From: Amoebidium appalachense | Lineage: Eukaryota > Protista > Ichthyosporea | DNA length: 64,000 bases | Direction of reading: 5' to 3' | Assembly: GCA_963693365.1 (NCBI GenBank) | Contig: CAVNZM010000014.1 | Coordinates: 6,510,001-6,574,000, forward strand | In this document: positions 14,074 through 36,324 of the stretch, in pieces | Layout: every line of letters starts with the position of its first letter | Position numbering within the stretch: position 1 is the stretch's first letter | Translations under genes and position numbers: made by a program | Notes under the pieces: generated by a model | What the model was told of the DNA's origin: nothing | Seen by the model: the letters and a program-made list of their open reading frames with translations, nothing else | The model's database searches: none

Positions 14074-17000
14074 TCAGCACATGTTGAGCATCCCCACGGC
14101 CTTGGTGAAGAAAGAGGCAGACAGGGCCTTGGTGAACATGTCGGCCTTGTTGTCAGCAGAAGCCACCGGGACCACAGTGATGTTGCCCAGCAGGTGATGT
14201 TCCTTGACGGAGCAGTAGCGGACGTCGATGTGCTTGGTCTTGGGCTTAACCCCCAGGGTGTCCAGCAGGGCCCGGGCAGACTCATTGTCCCCATGGATGG
14301 GCACCGGGGTGGGCTCATTGATAGGATTAAGGCCCAGGTCGTCCATCACATAGTTGAGCCATAGGGCCTCGTTCGTAGCAGCAGACATGGCCACAAATTC
14401 AGCCTCAGTGGAGCTGTGGGTGGTGATGGACTGGAGCCGAGACACCCAGGACACAGGGGAGGAGTTGATGAAGAAGACATAGCCCGTGGTGGAGCGCCGG
14501 GTGTCGCGGTCCTCGGCGTAGTCGGAGTCGGAGTAGCCAACAAGGTTGGGGGGGCCGGGACGGTAGACAATACCCAGGTCGATGGTGGCCAGCAGGTAGC
14601 TTACAACTCTGGTAGCCATAGTCCAGTGGGTGACGGTGGGCGCATGAATGTGTCGAGTAAGGACTCCCAGAGCCTGGGAAATGTCGGGGCGGGTGGTACG
14701 CGCAATCCACAGCAGGGCACCGACCAGGCTGGCATAGTCCTCCTTCTTGCTGTAGGCTGGGGTCTTGTTGCTTTCACTGGCGGGCCTGGCCCGGGACGAT
14801 GGGGGTCTTGGTGCCGGACATGTGGGTGAGACGAAAACGGGCAGCCAAGTCGATGATGTGTTGACGATGGCCCAGACGCAGAGACCCGTCCTCCAGCCAG
14901 GTAAGAGTGTGCCCGATGAGCAGGGTAGGACGACCCAGGTCCTTGGCAGAGAAACGAGCATCCAGCTTGGTGAAAAAATCGTCGATGAGCGCATCAGTGG
15001 CGGCCGTCACGGTGAAGTCATCCACGTAGGCAGCAAGGGCAATAAACGTTGGGGTCCCGGCATTCTTGATGAACAGGCACGGGTCAGCAGCACTCACAAT
15101 GAAGCCTTGGTCGAGGAGATGGTCACGGAGGGCCTCATACCACTGGCGCGGTGCCTGTTTTAGGCCGTAGAGCGCCTTGTGGAGCAAGCCGACAGCATGG
15201 GGGGCCGAGGGGTTGACGAAGCCAGGGGGCTGCTCAATGTAGATGGTCTCGTTGACGGTGCCGTTGAGGAATGCTGTGTTGACGTCGATGTGGCGCAGAG
15301 GCAGACCTTGGGCCACGGAGGTAGCCAAAACCAGCCGGATGGTAGCCAGCGCAGCCACAGCCTGAGGTGACTCGGTGACGAAATAGTCCTGGCCAGGCTG
15401 CTGGTAGTTGCCCCGGGCCACAAGCCGGGCCTTGAAAGCAGTGACGTTGCCGACGTTGTCCTGCTTGACCGTAAAGACCCAGCCGACCGGAATGACAGTG
15501 GAGCCATCCTCTGGACGGGGCACAAGGGTGAAGGTGCCGTTGTCTTCCAGGGCCTTGAGCTCACGGTGTGCAGCCTCCTCCCATTTCAGACGCTGGGGAC
15601 TCTTGAGTGCAGCCCGGACAGTCTTGGGGACAACAATGGTCACGGTGGAAGCCTTGATGGGTGTTGATGCAGGAGCCGTAGCCTGGGGGGCAAGGGGGGC
15701 CGTAGCAGCAGCCACGTTGGCAGTCGGGCCTCGACGTTGGTCGTTGTACACAGCGCCACTACGGGTCGTCCGGGGGAGCCGATGTGCAGGCTCGGGCAGG
15801 ATCGGAATGTCCAATTGATCACTCGGCGCTGTCCCATTGGCTGACAGACGAGACGAATCAGATTGCTGATCATTCCGGACGATGTGATTGGCTGGCTGAT
15901 TTGACGAATCAGATGACTCCAAAAAATGATGAATTGCCGGTGCGGTCGACCAATCAGATGGGACATCACGGAGGGGGTGCAGAATAGCAGCCTCGTCGAA
16001 CTGCACGTCACGGCTGACGGTCATCTTGTGTGCTGCTGGAATCCAGACCTTGTAGCCCTTGATGTTAGGAGGGTAGCCCACGAAGATGCCCTTGACGGCA
16101 CGAGGCGCCAGTTTCGGTGTATCCTGTTGATGGACGTAGCAGGGAGAGCCCCAGACACGGAGCCGGCTGTAGTCGGGAGGAATGCCGGTCCACAGCAGGG
16201 CGGGAGACGATTGGCTGCCGGTGGCTCGCGACGGGAGCATGTTGCGTATAAAAGCCGCGGTCACAGCTGCCTCGGCCCAGAATCCCACCGGAAGGCCGGA
16301 CTGCTGCAGGAGTGCCCGAACCATGTCGAGGAGGGTCCGGTTCAGTCGTTCGGCAGTCCCATTCTGTTGAGGAGAGCCGGTGGTAGTGATCTGATGGCGA
16401 ATGCCATGCTCACGGTTGTAGTCCCCGAAGGCCGTGCCCATGTACTCGCCCCCCCGTCGGACTGAAACACCTGCATGGGAACACCGTGTTGGGTAACCGC
16501 CGCCTTGTGGTACGTCACATATGCAGCCAGTGTGTCCGACTTCTTGACGAGGGGCACGGCCGTGGTGTGGCCGGTGAATTCGTCGTGGAACGTCGCCAAG
16601 TACTGAGCACCACCGATCGCGGGAGGGAAGGGGCCGCTGATGTCGCTGTGAACCTTGGCTAGGACCCGGGGAGCTTGGCTAGTTGATTCGGAGAAGGCAA
16701 CACGGTGGGCTTTGCCGAGGGCACAGGGCTCACACACACCCGGAGACTTGGCACCGCCACCCACCAACAGGCCTGCAGACTTGATGACCGAGCGTACAGC
16801 GTCAATGCCAGCATGGCCCAGACGGTAGTGCCACGTGTTGAGGTCGGCAGTAACCTTGAGGATACGCGGAGCAGTGGTGGTTTGGGCGTCCGGGGTTGTG
16901 TCCGCGCGCAGAAGAGACACCGCCATGTGGTACAGCTTGGTGCCGACAGCCGAGCCGGTGGCCAGAATTTGATCGCCGTAGCACAACTTAACGCCGCCGC

Positions 17001-18391
17001 GGGTGTCAAAGCGGGGTAAAACACCGTTGGTAGTTGCCGTGAACACACTGATGAGAGTGTCGGGGATGGAGGGCACGTAGAGTACATCCGTCAGCTGATG
17101 CACCGCAGTAACGCCGTCGATGGTGCTGGAAAAGAACACGTCGCCCACCCCAAGCACTGCACATGCACCCTTGTCGGCTACTTGGACCGTGGAGTAAGGC
17201 GCCGCACGCATGTTGATGAACACATCGGGCCGGGGGCACACATGGTCAGTGGCTCCAGAGTCGAGGAGCACCTTGTTGGTGCCACAGTCGTTGCTAGACA
17301 TGAGGAAAGCCCGGGGAGCGGCAGCCCCCCCTTGCACTGTGCCGTAGTGTGGGTAGTAGAGGCAGGGTGGTTGATGCAGGACCCAGGCGGGAGGGGACCA
17401 CCCTTAGGTTTGCGGCCGTTGGCACGGTTGCCCCCCTTGCACATGGCGGTAGTGTGACTGGTAGACAGTGGGTGGTTGACGCAGGAACCCTTGGGGTAGG
17501 TGCTGGCACGGTTGTTGCCAGAGTTGCTGTGTTGGCCGTTGCCGTTGGGGCACTGAGACTTGATGTGGCCTGGTTTGCCGCAGCCGTGGCAGATGACAGG
17601 TTGAGGAGCCCGTGTGGTGAAGGCGGCCGGCCCGGAGCTGGTAGTCACACGTGCACGTGGGTGGCTGGTCTCATATGCCCGTAGCTGTTGGAGGAGGCCC
17701 ATCACGGTAGGCTTGGGTGTCATCTTGTAGGCAATTACAGGCATTTCGTAGTAAGGCACCTTGCCGAGGTCGTTGGTGAGCTTGGTCAGCACTTGAGCAT
17801 CACCAATTTGTGTGCCGTAATCGGCCAGGCGCCGCACGTAGCCGCGGAGTTTCATGGCGTATTTCGTCGCGGTGTCCGTAGGTTCAGGCGTAGAATTCAT
17901 GTACAGCCCGATAAGGTCGTACTGATTGGCCTCAGATTGCTCCAGGTAGTGGGCAGATAGGGCCGACCATATCTCCGCAGGTGTGGTGGTGCGTGTTAAC
18001 CCTAGGATCGGATACAACGCACGTCAACCGAGAGTGCTTGCCACAGGTAGGAACGGGCAGTGTCGACCTGTTCACGGGTAGCCGGGTGCTCCGTACTGGG
18101 CGCGATGGTGTGGAGAAGACCAGCACCAGAAAGCTGGACATACATGGTTTCGGCCCATGTGTGGTAGTCCGTGCCTGAATCATTATCAATGCCAGTGAAG
18201 AGAGGGATGTCGACCTTGAACTTGATGGAATCATTACGTGAGGGGCCCATAACCCTGTTGGACATTGTGTTCATAGAAGCTAGTTCTAGTGCACGTTGTT
18301 CCTTCTGTAAGTCAGAAATGATTGCATCTTGTGAGGCCAACCTCTGCTCCAGTAGTTGGACTAGTTGCTGCAACTGTAAGTTGTCAGACAT
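14074..18391 (-). CDS. Copia gag-pol polyprotein, broken by four 1-nt frameshifts (~18020, 17325-31, 16449-55, ~14785)
   Basis: CHGCGKPGHIKSQC knuckle; LLDSGATDH protease; WHYRLGH..CEPC, HSDISGP, SDGG(G)EY, QQNGTAERLNRTL integrase; KARLVARG, HIDVNTAFLNG, LYGLKQAPRQW, AYVDD RT; GYSDSDYA, SSTEAEF, GDNESA, KHIDVRY, ADMFTK RNase H. Confidence 0.95.
18243..18255 (-). promoter_or_regulatory. Primer binding site complementary to the anticodon arm of initiator tRNA-Met (half-tRNA priming)
   Basis: Minus strand reads LTR-CA GGGTTATGGGCCC, as in the Drosophila copia PBS; it is not TGG + 3'-acceptor-stem complement. Confidence 0.88.
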
Positions 18392-19021
18392 AGTGTCGTG
18401 TATGATGGGTAACTAGTCTATGTGTTTTGTGCACTGGAAACGACAGTAGAAAAGTGTAAATCAAACGTTCTGCTTCCCATGTTTGTGACATGGGAGGCAC
18501 TGCTTTATATAGTCGTTGGCCACCTCATGGTGGCCTCGTGTGCACCCTGGTGGTGGGCCATGTACAGCATGGCCGAAAAGAGAGCACAATGAAAACAAGT
18601 CGTTAAAGATATAAAAGTTAACTGTGCACGTTGAGTGGCTAGTTAACTTGCACTAAAGCACACAAATAAACGTGTTTAACACACCAATTGCAGTTAAACG
18701 TAAATCTTGCTTCACACAACTAAAAATATTCTGAGAATATCCGGGAATAAAGCACACTACCACTCTAAGAATAGAATCCTGTGGCAAATATAGACATGAC
18801 ATCATCTGAACCGGGAATAGCCGAAAAGAGAGCACAATTAGCACGTTGCTAGTGAAGCTCGTCATTGGTACAGTTTTGGCTCAAACATATAACTACCATA
18901 TATGAATATGACCGTAAACAAAAGCTCTATGCACTCGAGTGAGTGTTGAAACAGTTATTCAATTGCTCAGAAACTTTCTCTAACAGACATTGCTAGCCGG
19001 GAGTACCAGTGTACTCCAACA
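18256..19021 (-). repeat. 5' LTR (766 bp), containing a TATA box (TATATAAAG ~18502-18511) and the gag start codon (18391)
   Basis: Direct repeat of 13119-13887; the gag ORF begins 136 nt inside the LTR. Confidence 0.97.
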
Positions 19022-19364
19022 GGGGGGAGGGGAGGGGCTGCTGGGACCCTGATGGCTTAGGGCTGGGTCCCAACCCCTAGGCCTTCCGGGGGAACCTGTC
19101 CTCGCCTTCGCCTGTGAAATCAAAAAAAATTGAGAAATATTCAGGAGAAATATGCCATTCCTAGCTTAGAAAAATGTTTGGGGAGTCGACAGCAGAGTTG
19201 CCCACGCGCTCGTGTGGTCTTTTTTTTTTTTTTTTTTTTTTCTTTTCTAGTTGTTGTTGTTGGGGGGTTGGGGGGTTGGGGGGGGCACAGGGGGTGGGGG
19301 GTGGGGGGAGGGAGGGAGGAAGGGGTTGGATATTAAGACATAAACACAAAGAAATAGTGCCATT

Positions 19365-20478
19365 TTATTCGTCATCCTCATCAAACCAGCGCACAATCTT
19401 GTTCTGGCAGCGTGCAAGCCCAAAGCAAACCTGCACCGTCTGACGGTAGGTGGGCCCTAAGGCAGTATGAGCAGTGCCCATGGGGGTCATGTTCTCTTTG
19501 GCCTTCTCAATGGCCAGCTCGATATGATAACGCACGCAGGCGAAGTCAGAAAATTGCTCCTCAAGTGAGTGTGTTTCCCCATTTACCACAAAGGGAGGGA
19601 CTACAAGACGCTTCTTTGCTTCTGTAAGCAAACTGTCTATAAGTATGTTTCTGTCTGCAATGGTTCGGGCCCCTGGCCAACAACTATCAATGAGTTTTGC
19701 TACAGAACTGAAGAGAAAAATCACTTGTGCTGTCCTCGAAACAAGATGAAACATGAAGCATCTCACCAGATGGCAGTAGGGCAACGAGAACTTTAGCGGC
19801 GTCGTGGCCCATGTGCTTTGTCTGTGTAAGCTCCTGGAGTTCTGTGTCTCTAAGACACGCCAACTGTGTGAAGAACTCGGTGCAGTCTAAAACAATGCCC
19901 AAGTTCTGGTGGTTTTGTTTAGAGGTGGGTAGAGCCTCTGCCGCAACCTTATCTTCCCAAAAAGAGCTGCTTGTCAGAGGGTCTAAATAGGGGTGTCGGA
20001 ACATGACCGTCACCAACCACAACATCCTCAAGAACGTTTTTTCTGCAGTAACCGTGCTGATTTGAAACAGGCGGGCCAGGTGACCGAAAGGGAAGTCATG
20101 GCAGAGCTTCGTGAGGGTGAGAAGGAGAGCATCCTCAAAATCCAGAGCCAACTGTGGTGGCTTTCTGCGCATGTTCTCGCTCAATGGGTCGATTTCCGTG
20201 TACAACATAGGGAGATGAAACTGGACGCAGAGCAGGACGAATACTTCCAGAAGCAACTGTGTGTTGAAATGGGTGTAGAAACGCGTCTCGAACTCGGACT
20301 CAAGAACCCCCTTATACGTGAGCCGACTGATGCTGCCGGTTTCTTCTTGAATTTGTGCTTTCACTTCCAAGTTTTTGCGCAGAAGTGCTTGCAGCTTGAC
20401 CTTCGACGCCGCCATGTCTTTGTTTAGTTGCTCAACCTCTGCATCCTCCTCCGACCGTTTCACGTTGTGTGCACTCAT
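19365..20478 (-). CDS. ISL2EU/Harbinger-like transposase (HTH_Tnp_4 + DDE_Tnp_4), intronless, ~370 aa, with one frameshift at ~19695-98
   Basis: EDALLLTLTKL..LARLFQIS HTH; IVLDCTEF, KVLVALLPSG, TSD, IADRN, VPPF, VRYHIELAI. Removing one A joins ORFs 19687-20478 and 19365-19784 as SDFSLQFCSKLIDSCWPG. Confidence 0.85.
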
Positions 20479-20648
20479 GATTGTGATGACGAAAAGACAA
20501 CGAGCTTAAAACCGCTCCAAATAAACGGTGTGTAACCTAAGCAGTATAAGTAAATAAAGGTAATTGAAAAAACTACTTCTACCCACACAAAAAGCGAACT
20601 TTTGTTCAAGCGGCGCAGTGCACACGAATAGACGTGTTTTGAAGGTGT

Positions 20649-20760
20649 GCGGGAAAAAAAAGGCGCGAAAAAAATAACGAACAACCCGGACCATCTTGAA
20701 TGAGTGACGTCACAGGTGCATGACGTCTTGCAAGCCGGAGAACCAATTCCGTTTCCCGCC
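20649..20760. promoter_or_regulatory. Cluster of three E2F-like sites and a CRE palindrome between divergent genes
   Basis: GCGGGAAA 20649, GGCGCGAAA 20662, TGACGTCA 20705, TTTCCCGCC 20752. Function is inferred only. Confidence 0.4.
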
Positions 20761-21360
20761 AAAACCAATTTCAGCCAAGAAATTGCTGTTTCGCAATCCT
20801 CGAGTTTCCATCATGATCCGGAGCTGGCAGGAGGGGCAGGCACGTTTTGCAGAAACTGAAACCAAGAACAACTCGGAATTTGTGGTTCATGGGCTCGTGA
20901 AAAGCATTATTCTACATGTATATATGTATATTTTTCTAGATACACCTTTACCTGTCGCGCAAAAACGTAAACCATCAGCGCCTGCCAGGGTCAAGTGTAA
21001 AAATTCGTTGGGGCAAACAAAGGCCGCCCAGGCGTCAACGGTTGAGGTATGCCCAACTGAACGTGGTTGGAAAACCCGTGACGTAGATGCAGAATTTATT
21101 CTCCTGCATAGTATTACATGATCAGTAGCTCATCGTAGGTGTGAGGTTTGAAAAATTCACCAGGAGTAGGGAGGCTAGGTTGTGAGGCTTGGGATAACCT
21201 ATGAATCCTGTCACGACAGGAACATTTCGACTGTGTGGAATTCCCACTCTTTCATGAAACTGTATAGAAAAACTATCTTATTCTGTGCTAGGCGTTTTGA
21301 TATACTTAAGTAACTTAGAACACAGCCTCCGCCCTTCTCATTTCCGATCCACCCTGCAAC

Positions 21361-30314
<8,954 letters not shown>

Positions 30315-30558
30315 CAGCAGCCTAGCACCTTCTTTTCTTTCATCGTTGTGATTCTCATGACGAGGTCGGAGTGTATTACATGGGGTCAGACGCCGCCTGC
30401 CATGTGCGGTCTTTCCTTTTCCATTTTTTCTTTCTTTTTCCCTTCCTCCCTCCTCTGTTTCTTGCCCTCTCTCTTTTCTCTCTCTCGTTCTCTCTCTTTC
30501 AACTGCGCACGCTTTTCGGCCCAATTGCAAGGAGGGAGGAAGAGAAGGACGAGTGGAG

Positions 30559-30616
<58 letters not shown>

Positions 30617-30936
30617 GGGGGGGGGGTTGAGCTTTTATTTATTAGTAGAGTAATTTGGCTAATTATACCATGGGCATTCAATATAAGTTTATGCCAGTTA
30701 CAGGGCAAGGGAATGAGTGTGACTATGCATATGCATGTACAAATACGGGTACTAGAGTCTGTGGTGGCGTGTGAATAAAACACAAAGTGTACGAATTTCT
30801 AACGTGCGGTGCAAAAGAGAAATTTCTGGCCGGCGGGGATGAAACGACTAAATATATGCGGATGGTGTTTTATTGAGCAATTTTTGTATTGCTGCGCCAG
30901 CTTTCTCGTGGAGCGTACGCGTCTGGGGGGTTTAAG

Positions 30937-30977
<41 letters not shown>

Positions 30978-31930
30978 TCTCTCAAAAAAAAAAAAAAATC
31001 ACAGACCCTAACGAATGTGCACCTGAATAGTAAACAAAATAACTGTATTCCTGTATATTTAGATATATCGATATTATTCATTTTGCTTTGGATAGTCATG
31101 ATCACCTGCTCGGTTATCATTTACGAAACGGTTTTGGAGTTCGAGATACACAAAAATTCAAGGAAAAATAGCAAGCATTTACTGTATATTTAACCAGAAT
31201 GTACGGTGTTTGGAGGCTTGTTCATTATATTTGTATTTTTTACAACATCAATCGGCAACTGCAATGTGTGGGTATCAATGCACATGCATGATGGTCGAAT
31301 ATATATAACTTATAATATAAGGATAACAACAGCTATCAAAAGTGAAAAGACTATCTACTCTATAGAGTATAGGGAGATACTACGAAGGTGCGCGCTAACC
31401 CAATCAGGAGTGCTTGAGGTCTTGATGACGTCATACCCTCCTTGCAGTCTCACGTGCACCTTCCCAGAGCTCCAGTTTTCCGGTTGTTACTTCTGTTTCT
31501 AACACGTACTGACGTGTTGCCGCACGTGCGAAGTTATACATCTACTTCAGGCGTTATACATCTACTTCAGTCCCTTTTAAGCAAAAAAAAAAAAAAAAAA
31601 AAAAAAGAAAGGAGACACCGCCACAGTAGGTGGTAGCTTCTGTTTACTAGATAACATGTTTTCAACCCATTTCGAATCGGAGAACTTCGTTTACACACAG
31701 CACCTTAGCCTCTACGTATATTAGTCTGTGTGGTTGGTAATAATTTAGAAGCTTAGCATGTAGCTCTCCTTCTAATGCTTGGTAGGGTAGCGCTGAGCAA
31801 ACTTCAACAACGGCGGACAAACCAGCCGCTATCCCCAGCTCCGCATTTGTAAATACTGTTAGTAAAGGCTAGCCTATGTGCTGACTTTTTACCTGCCTTT
31901 TTCGAAAAAGTGCACAGCACGTGCACGAAA

Positions 31931-33329
31931 ATGAGCTCTTTCCCCACCACCAGTTATACGCCACTCCCAACGATGGATGGCCCAAATAGACAGCGGCAGT
32001 CACCCTCTACCGATGGTTTGCAACTAGCACCCGTCAGAAATTTCTCTAATCCAGCGACTTTAATCGCTACACACTCTACAGACACACTTGATGAAGTTGC
32101 TGGCCCAAATTTTCAAGATGATGAACCTCTTATTGCGCAAACTAAACCACTATCCACCCTTCATCTCTACGGTCTGGGTGCTGTGGGGTTTACCATTGAG
32201 TTTTGCTGGGCAGCAGGGGAGGCATTGATTATCCCACACATGTTACGTTTGGGTCTAAGCGTTCAGGTGGCAGGTTTGGTGTGGTTGGTAAACCCGGTGA
32301 TTAGTGTGTTTGCCCAACCGATGATGGGCGCATGGAGCGATCGATGTCAGAGTCGGTGGGGGAGGAGAAGACCGTTTATGGGTGTGCTGACGATCATGGG
32401 GTATGTGAGTGTGTGCGGCAGTGTGTGTGTGTGGGTGTGTGTGTGTGTGTGTGTGTGTGGGTGTGTGGGTGTGTGGGTGGGTGTGTGGGTGTGTGGGTGG
32501 GTGGGCGGGTGGGTGTGGATGTACACGTGGATGTGTGTGTGGATGTGTGTGTATTTGTGTGTGTGTGGGGGGGGGGGGGGGGGGGGGGGGGGGGGAGGGG
32601 TGTGGTTGTTCATTTCTGTTTGGAGGGGGAAGGGGGCAGGGGGGAGGGATCGGGGGTTGCTGTATGCGAAACTGTGGCTATCGCGTGATATATGTGTACC
32701 TGTACGTGTACGTGGGCCTGTGTGTTGGTGTGCAAGTGTGATTAAAACATCTCACTCTTATGGGTAAAGGTGTGTGTTGGCGTGTATGTGTGTGTCTCAT
32801 GGGGGGGAAGGGGAGGGGGGGGGGGGGGAGGGCGAGGGGGAGTCAGGGAGGGGGCCGGGGGGGGGGGGGGGGGGGGGGGGGGGAAGGGGGGGAGGGGGGG
32901 GAGGGGGGGGGGGGCTGGGTTAGTGCTGGCTTCTTGCTGTGATAGGGTAGCTTCATGTCTGTGTTCGTTTCGCACATATATATATTTACTTGTGTGTTCC
33001 TCGGCATAAGTTTTATGAATATTATATTTTGGAATGTGAAGTAAACAAGTTTAAAAGAAGCTCAAATTGGGTAGTAAGTTTTTTCTGATAGACTTATTTT
33101 TGTTACCGTTATTCCCTATTAAACTTTCTTAAGCAATTCCCTTTTTATCCTTTGCTGCTCAAAACAAAGGAAAGATCCCCACCCACCCCTCCCTCGCCCC
33201 CCGCCACCACCATTGCCTGCGCCCTCACCACTCCTAACACCACTATTCATGCCACACAAATACACATGCACGCACACGTGCACACACGCACAGACACACA
33301 CGTACACACACACGTACACATTCACGTAC

Positions 33330-33366
<37 letters not shown>

Positions 33367-34221
33367 CCACACTTACACACACACAGATCCTTAGGTATGG
33401 CTCTGCTTGTCTTCGGCCAACAAATATTTCCAGACAACCCCACCCTCCTAATCGGATTGGGTTTTCTCGGAAACGCCCTTGCAGATCTCACCCACAACTC
33501 TCTTCTTCCTTTCGGACGCGCTCTAATCGGTGATATTGTTCCTGCCGAACAAAGTGAAATTGCGCATAACGCATTTACTATGCAAATGATGGTGGGGAGA
33601 CTCGTGGCCCTATTGGCCGGACTTGTCCCCCTAAACAATCTTTTTCCAGTTTTCACGGAGGAGCCCCAATCTCAATCGCTTTTTTTTTCTTGCTCTGATA
33701 TCGCTGATTGCGTGTACGGCTATCACGTGTTTGTGCGCGCACGAAGAACAGTTCACGCCAAACGAAAACGAAAATGGAAACGAAAAACAATTGGTTGGGG
33801 AAGATTTACTTAACGTGGAGCAAGCCAAAAAAGGAAACGAAAATTGGGTGGATAAGTTCAGGAGAATGTATAAGGATGGGGGGGTGTTGGATCTTCCTGC
33901 GGCGATGTGGTGGCTGTTGGTGATTTTGTCGATTGGGTGGGTTGCTCTAGAGGCACAGATTTTCTATTGGACGCAGTGGGTGGGTCTTGATACCAAGATC
34001 CCGGGTACAGACTTATACGCGGCTTTTCTTGGGATGATCACTTATGCTGTGGCTTCGATTGTGGTTACACTGGCATTACCTTATTTGGTAAGTGTGTGTT
34101 TATGGGAATGGTGGGTGGGTAGGTGTAGGTTGTATCTTTAAGGGAGGGAAAGAGTAAGGGAAAGAATGTGTATGTGTGTGTGTGTGTGGGCGGGGGGAGG
34201 GGGGAGGGGCTGGGTGGTTGG

Positions 34222-34274
<53 letters not shown>

Positions 34275-34987
34275 TGTGTGTGTGCGTGTGCGTGCGTGTG
34301 TGCGTGCGTGTTTGTGTGTGGGTTGTGTGTTCGTGTGTGTGTGTGTTTGCGTGTTCGTGCGCATGTGTGTGTGTTGGTGAGTGAATAGGTGTTGGTGTCA
34401 CTTATATGTATGTTCGCTTTCTATCTCCCCCGAAAGCATTAACTGCTTGCGGGGAGGTGGGGGATGGGGTGGGCGGTGAGGGGGAGGGGGTGGGGTTGGG
34501 GGGGGCTTGTGGGTGCTTGGGTACAAGGGTGTGTGTGTGTGCGACTGCTGCACTAGTCGGCAGAGGGTGCTTTGGAAGAGGGAGGGGGAAGGGGGGGGGG
34601 GGGGTCCGCTGATTTCTGCGCACTCTGACGCTAGCAGATGCACGTTGCACTGATATACCTTCCTATTCTTCAGGCACGAATATATCTATCGTGGCTTTGA
34701 TTTTGTATATCTAAGAGATATATCTATACACAGTAACAATGTGTTTGCCCTAGTGGTCGTCGTGTAAATGTATCTTCAGGTTCCTTGAACTAATTGAACT
34801 CTTCCCCGTAATCTCTCTCTCTCCCCTCCCCCCCTCCCCCCCCCGTTCCCTGTGCTCACCCATATACCGACACACACATACACACACACACACGCACACA
34901 CACATACTCACTCGCTCACACACAACCCCCCCCCCTTCCCCCCTTCCCCCCTCCCCCCCCCCCCCCCTTCCCCCCCTCTCCCCCCTC

Positions 34988-35032
<45 letters not shown>

Positions 35033-35319
35033 AGAACGTCACCTTCAACCCCCGCACAGTCCTCATATCCGGGGAGATATCCATCATGGTGTGTCTATCT
35101 CTCACCAAGTGGATAACTGGAATTTACGGCAGCGCAATTCTATCCGCCGGGATAGGATTTGGATATGCAATTCACAGCAATAATAGTTATCTCATGTGTG
35201 ATGCTATTATTAGCGCCACCGGGCATGAGCATACGAGGGGTCTCTATCACACACTCATCAGCGGGACATTAACACTAGGCCAGGGCTTGATTGGTGCCTT
35301 TGCAGGGTATGTTGATTAG

Positions 35320-35353
<34 letters not shown>

Positions 35354-35411
35354 ACCCACCCACCCACCCCCTTCTCTTTTTTCTCCTGTCCTTCTCTCCT
35401 CCCTCCCTCAG

Positions 35412-35451
<40 letters not shown>

Positions 35452-35553
35452 GACCCCCGGTCCCTCCCCACTCCGAGGATGGGCTCTGCTTGTGCATACT
35501 CTGCATTGTGTGATTGTCTGTTATGATAGTTCACTTCGTACTACAACGCATCC

Positions 35554-35595
<42 letters not shown>

Positions 35596-35842
35596 ACCCA
35601 CCCTTCTCCCCGGGGGCTGGGGACTGCAGGCCAAAATGTATGTTTACATTTCCCTGCGTGTGACTCTGTGCGTGATTGTGCAGGAGTGGGTGGTTGCATG
35701 TGCGTCCGACTGAATGTACAGTGTTTGTGCATGTGAGCGCATGTGTGTGTGTTTAACAGACCTAAAAAGGGGGGGTGTGGAGTATCATACGTAGTTCACA
35801 TAAATACTGACACCTTGTACCTTCGTGAACATATACACTCAC

Positions 35843-35907
<65 letters not shown>

Positions 35908-35976
35908 CTGCTTACTGCCACCATGAACAACACACACACACACACACACACGGCCTCCCTCCCTCCGTTCTCCCCC

Positions 35977-36029
<53 letters not shown>

Positions 36030-36181
36030 ACACACACAGCCTGATCATTGCCGCCATGAACAACTCCATCAATTCGTTTTTCGGAATTGTTGGCCTTTGC
36101 GGACTTTTGGGAATATTGGCTCTGTGGGCACTGCCTAGCCCCAAACCCACACCCCGGCAGAGTGTTAACCATTACGACTAA
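31931..36181 (+). CDS. MFS/GPH sucrose-proton symporter family (SUC/SLC45-like) transporter, ~527 aa
   Basis: Exons 31931-32400, 33387-34087 (extra T in the T-run 33680-88), 35035-35306, 36040-36181. Motifs [50 protein letters not shown]. Confidence 0.92.
35472..35556 (+). mobile_element. Diverged copy of the poly-C-embedded repeat
   Basis: gaggatgggctctgcttgtgcatactctgcattgtgtg...cacttcgtactacaacgcatcctaa, with C-runs on both sides. Confidence 0.75.
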
Positions 36182-36293
36182 TGCACGAAAGACTAAATCG
36201 GCATTGGAATGACGTATGATACGGTATACACACCATAGACTGTTGGGAATTTTCCCGCCCGACTATGTCCACCAATTTTGTCGAGTTCGAGTT

Positions 36294-36324
<31 letters not shown>

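Larger units (their letters stand above)
13119..19021 (-). mobile_element. Full-length young Ty1/copia LTR retrotransposon (Hemivirus/Osser-like), 5.9 kb
   Basis: TG...CA LTRs at 13119-13887 and 18256-19021 differ only by one substitution and a 3-bp indel by eye. GGGGG on both flanks. Domain order gag-PR-INT-RT-RH, with PBS and PPT. Confidence 0.97.

Noticed and set aside
14044-18416. Plus-strand ORFs antisense to gag-pol
   Set aside because: Expected shadow ORFs of GC-rich coding sequence; no independent motifs.
20720-21121. 133-aa plus-strand ORF as a second transposon ORF (YqaJ/Myb) or upstream SSB exons
   Set aside because: No recognisable motif, and I could not build a convincing phase-consistent link to 21361 onward; left unannotated.
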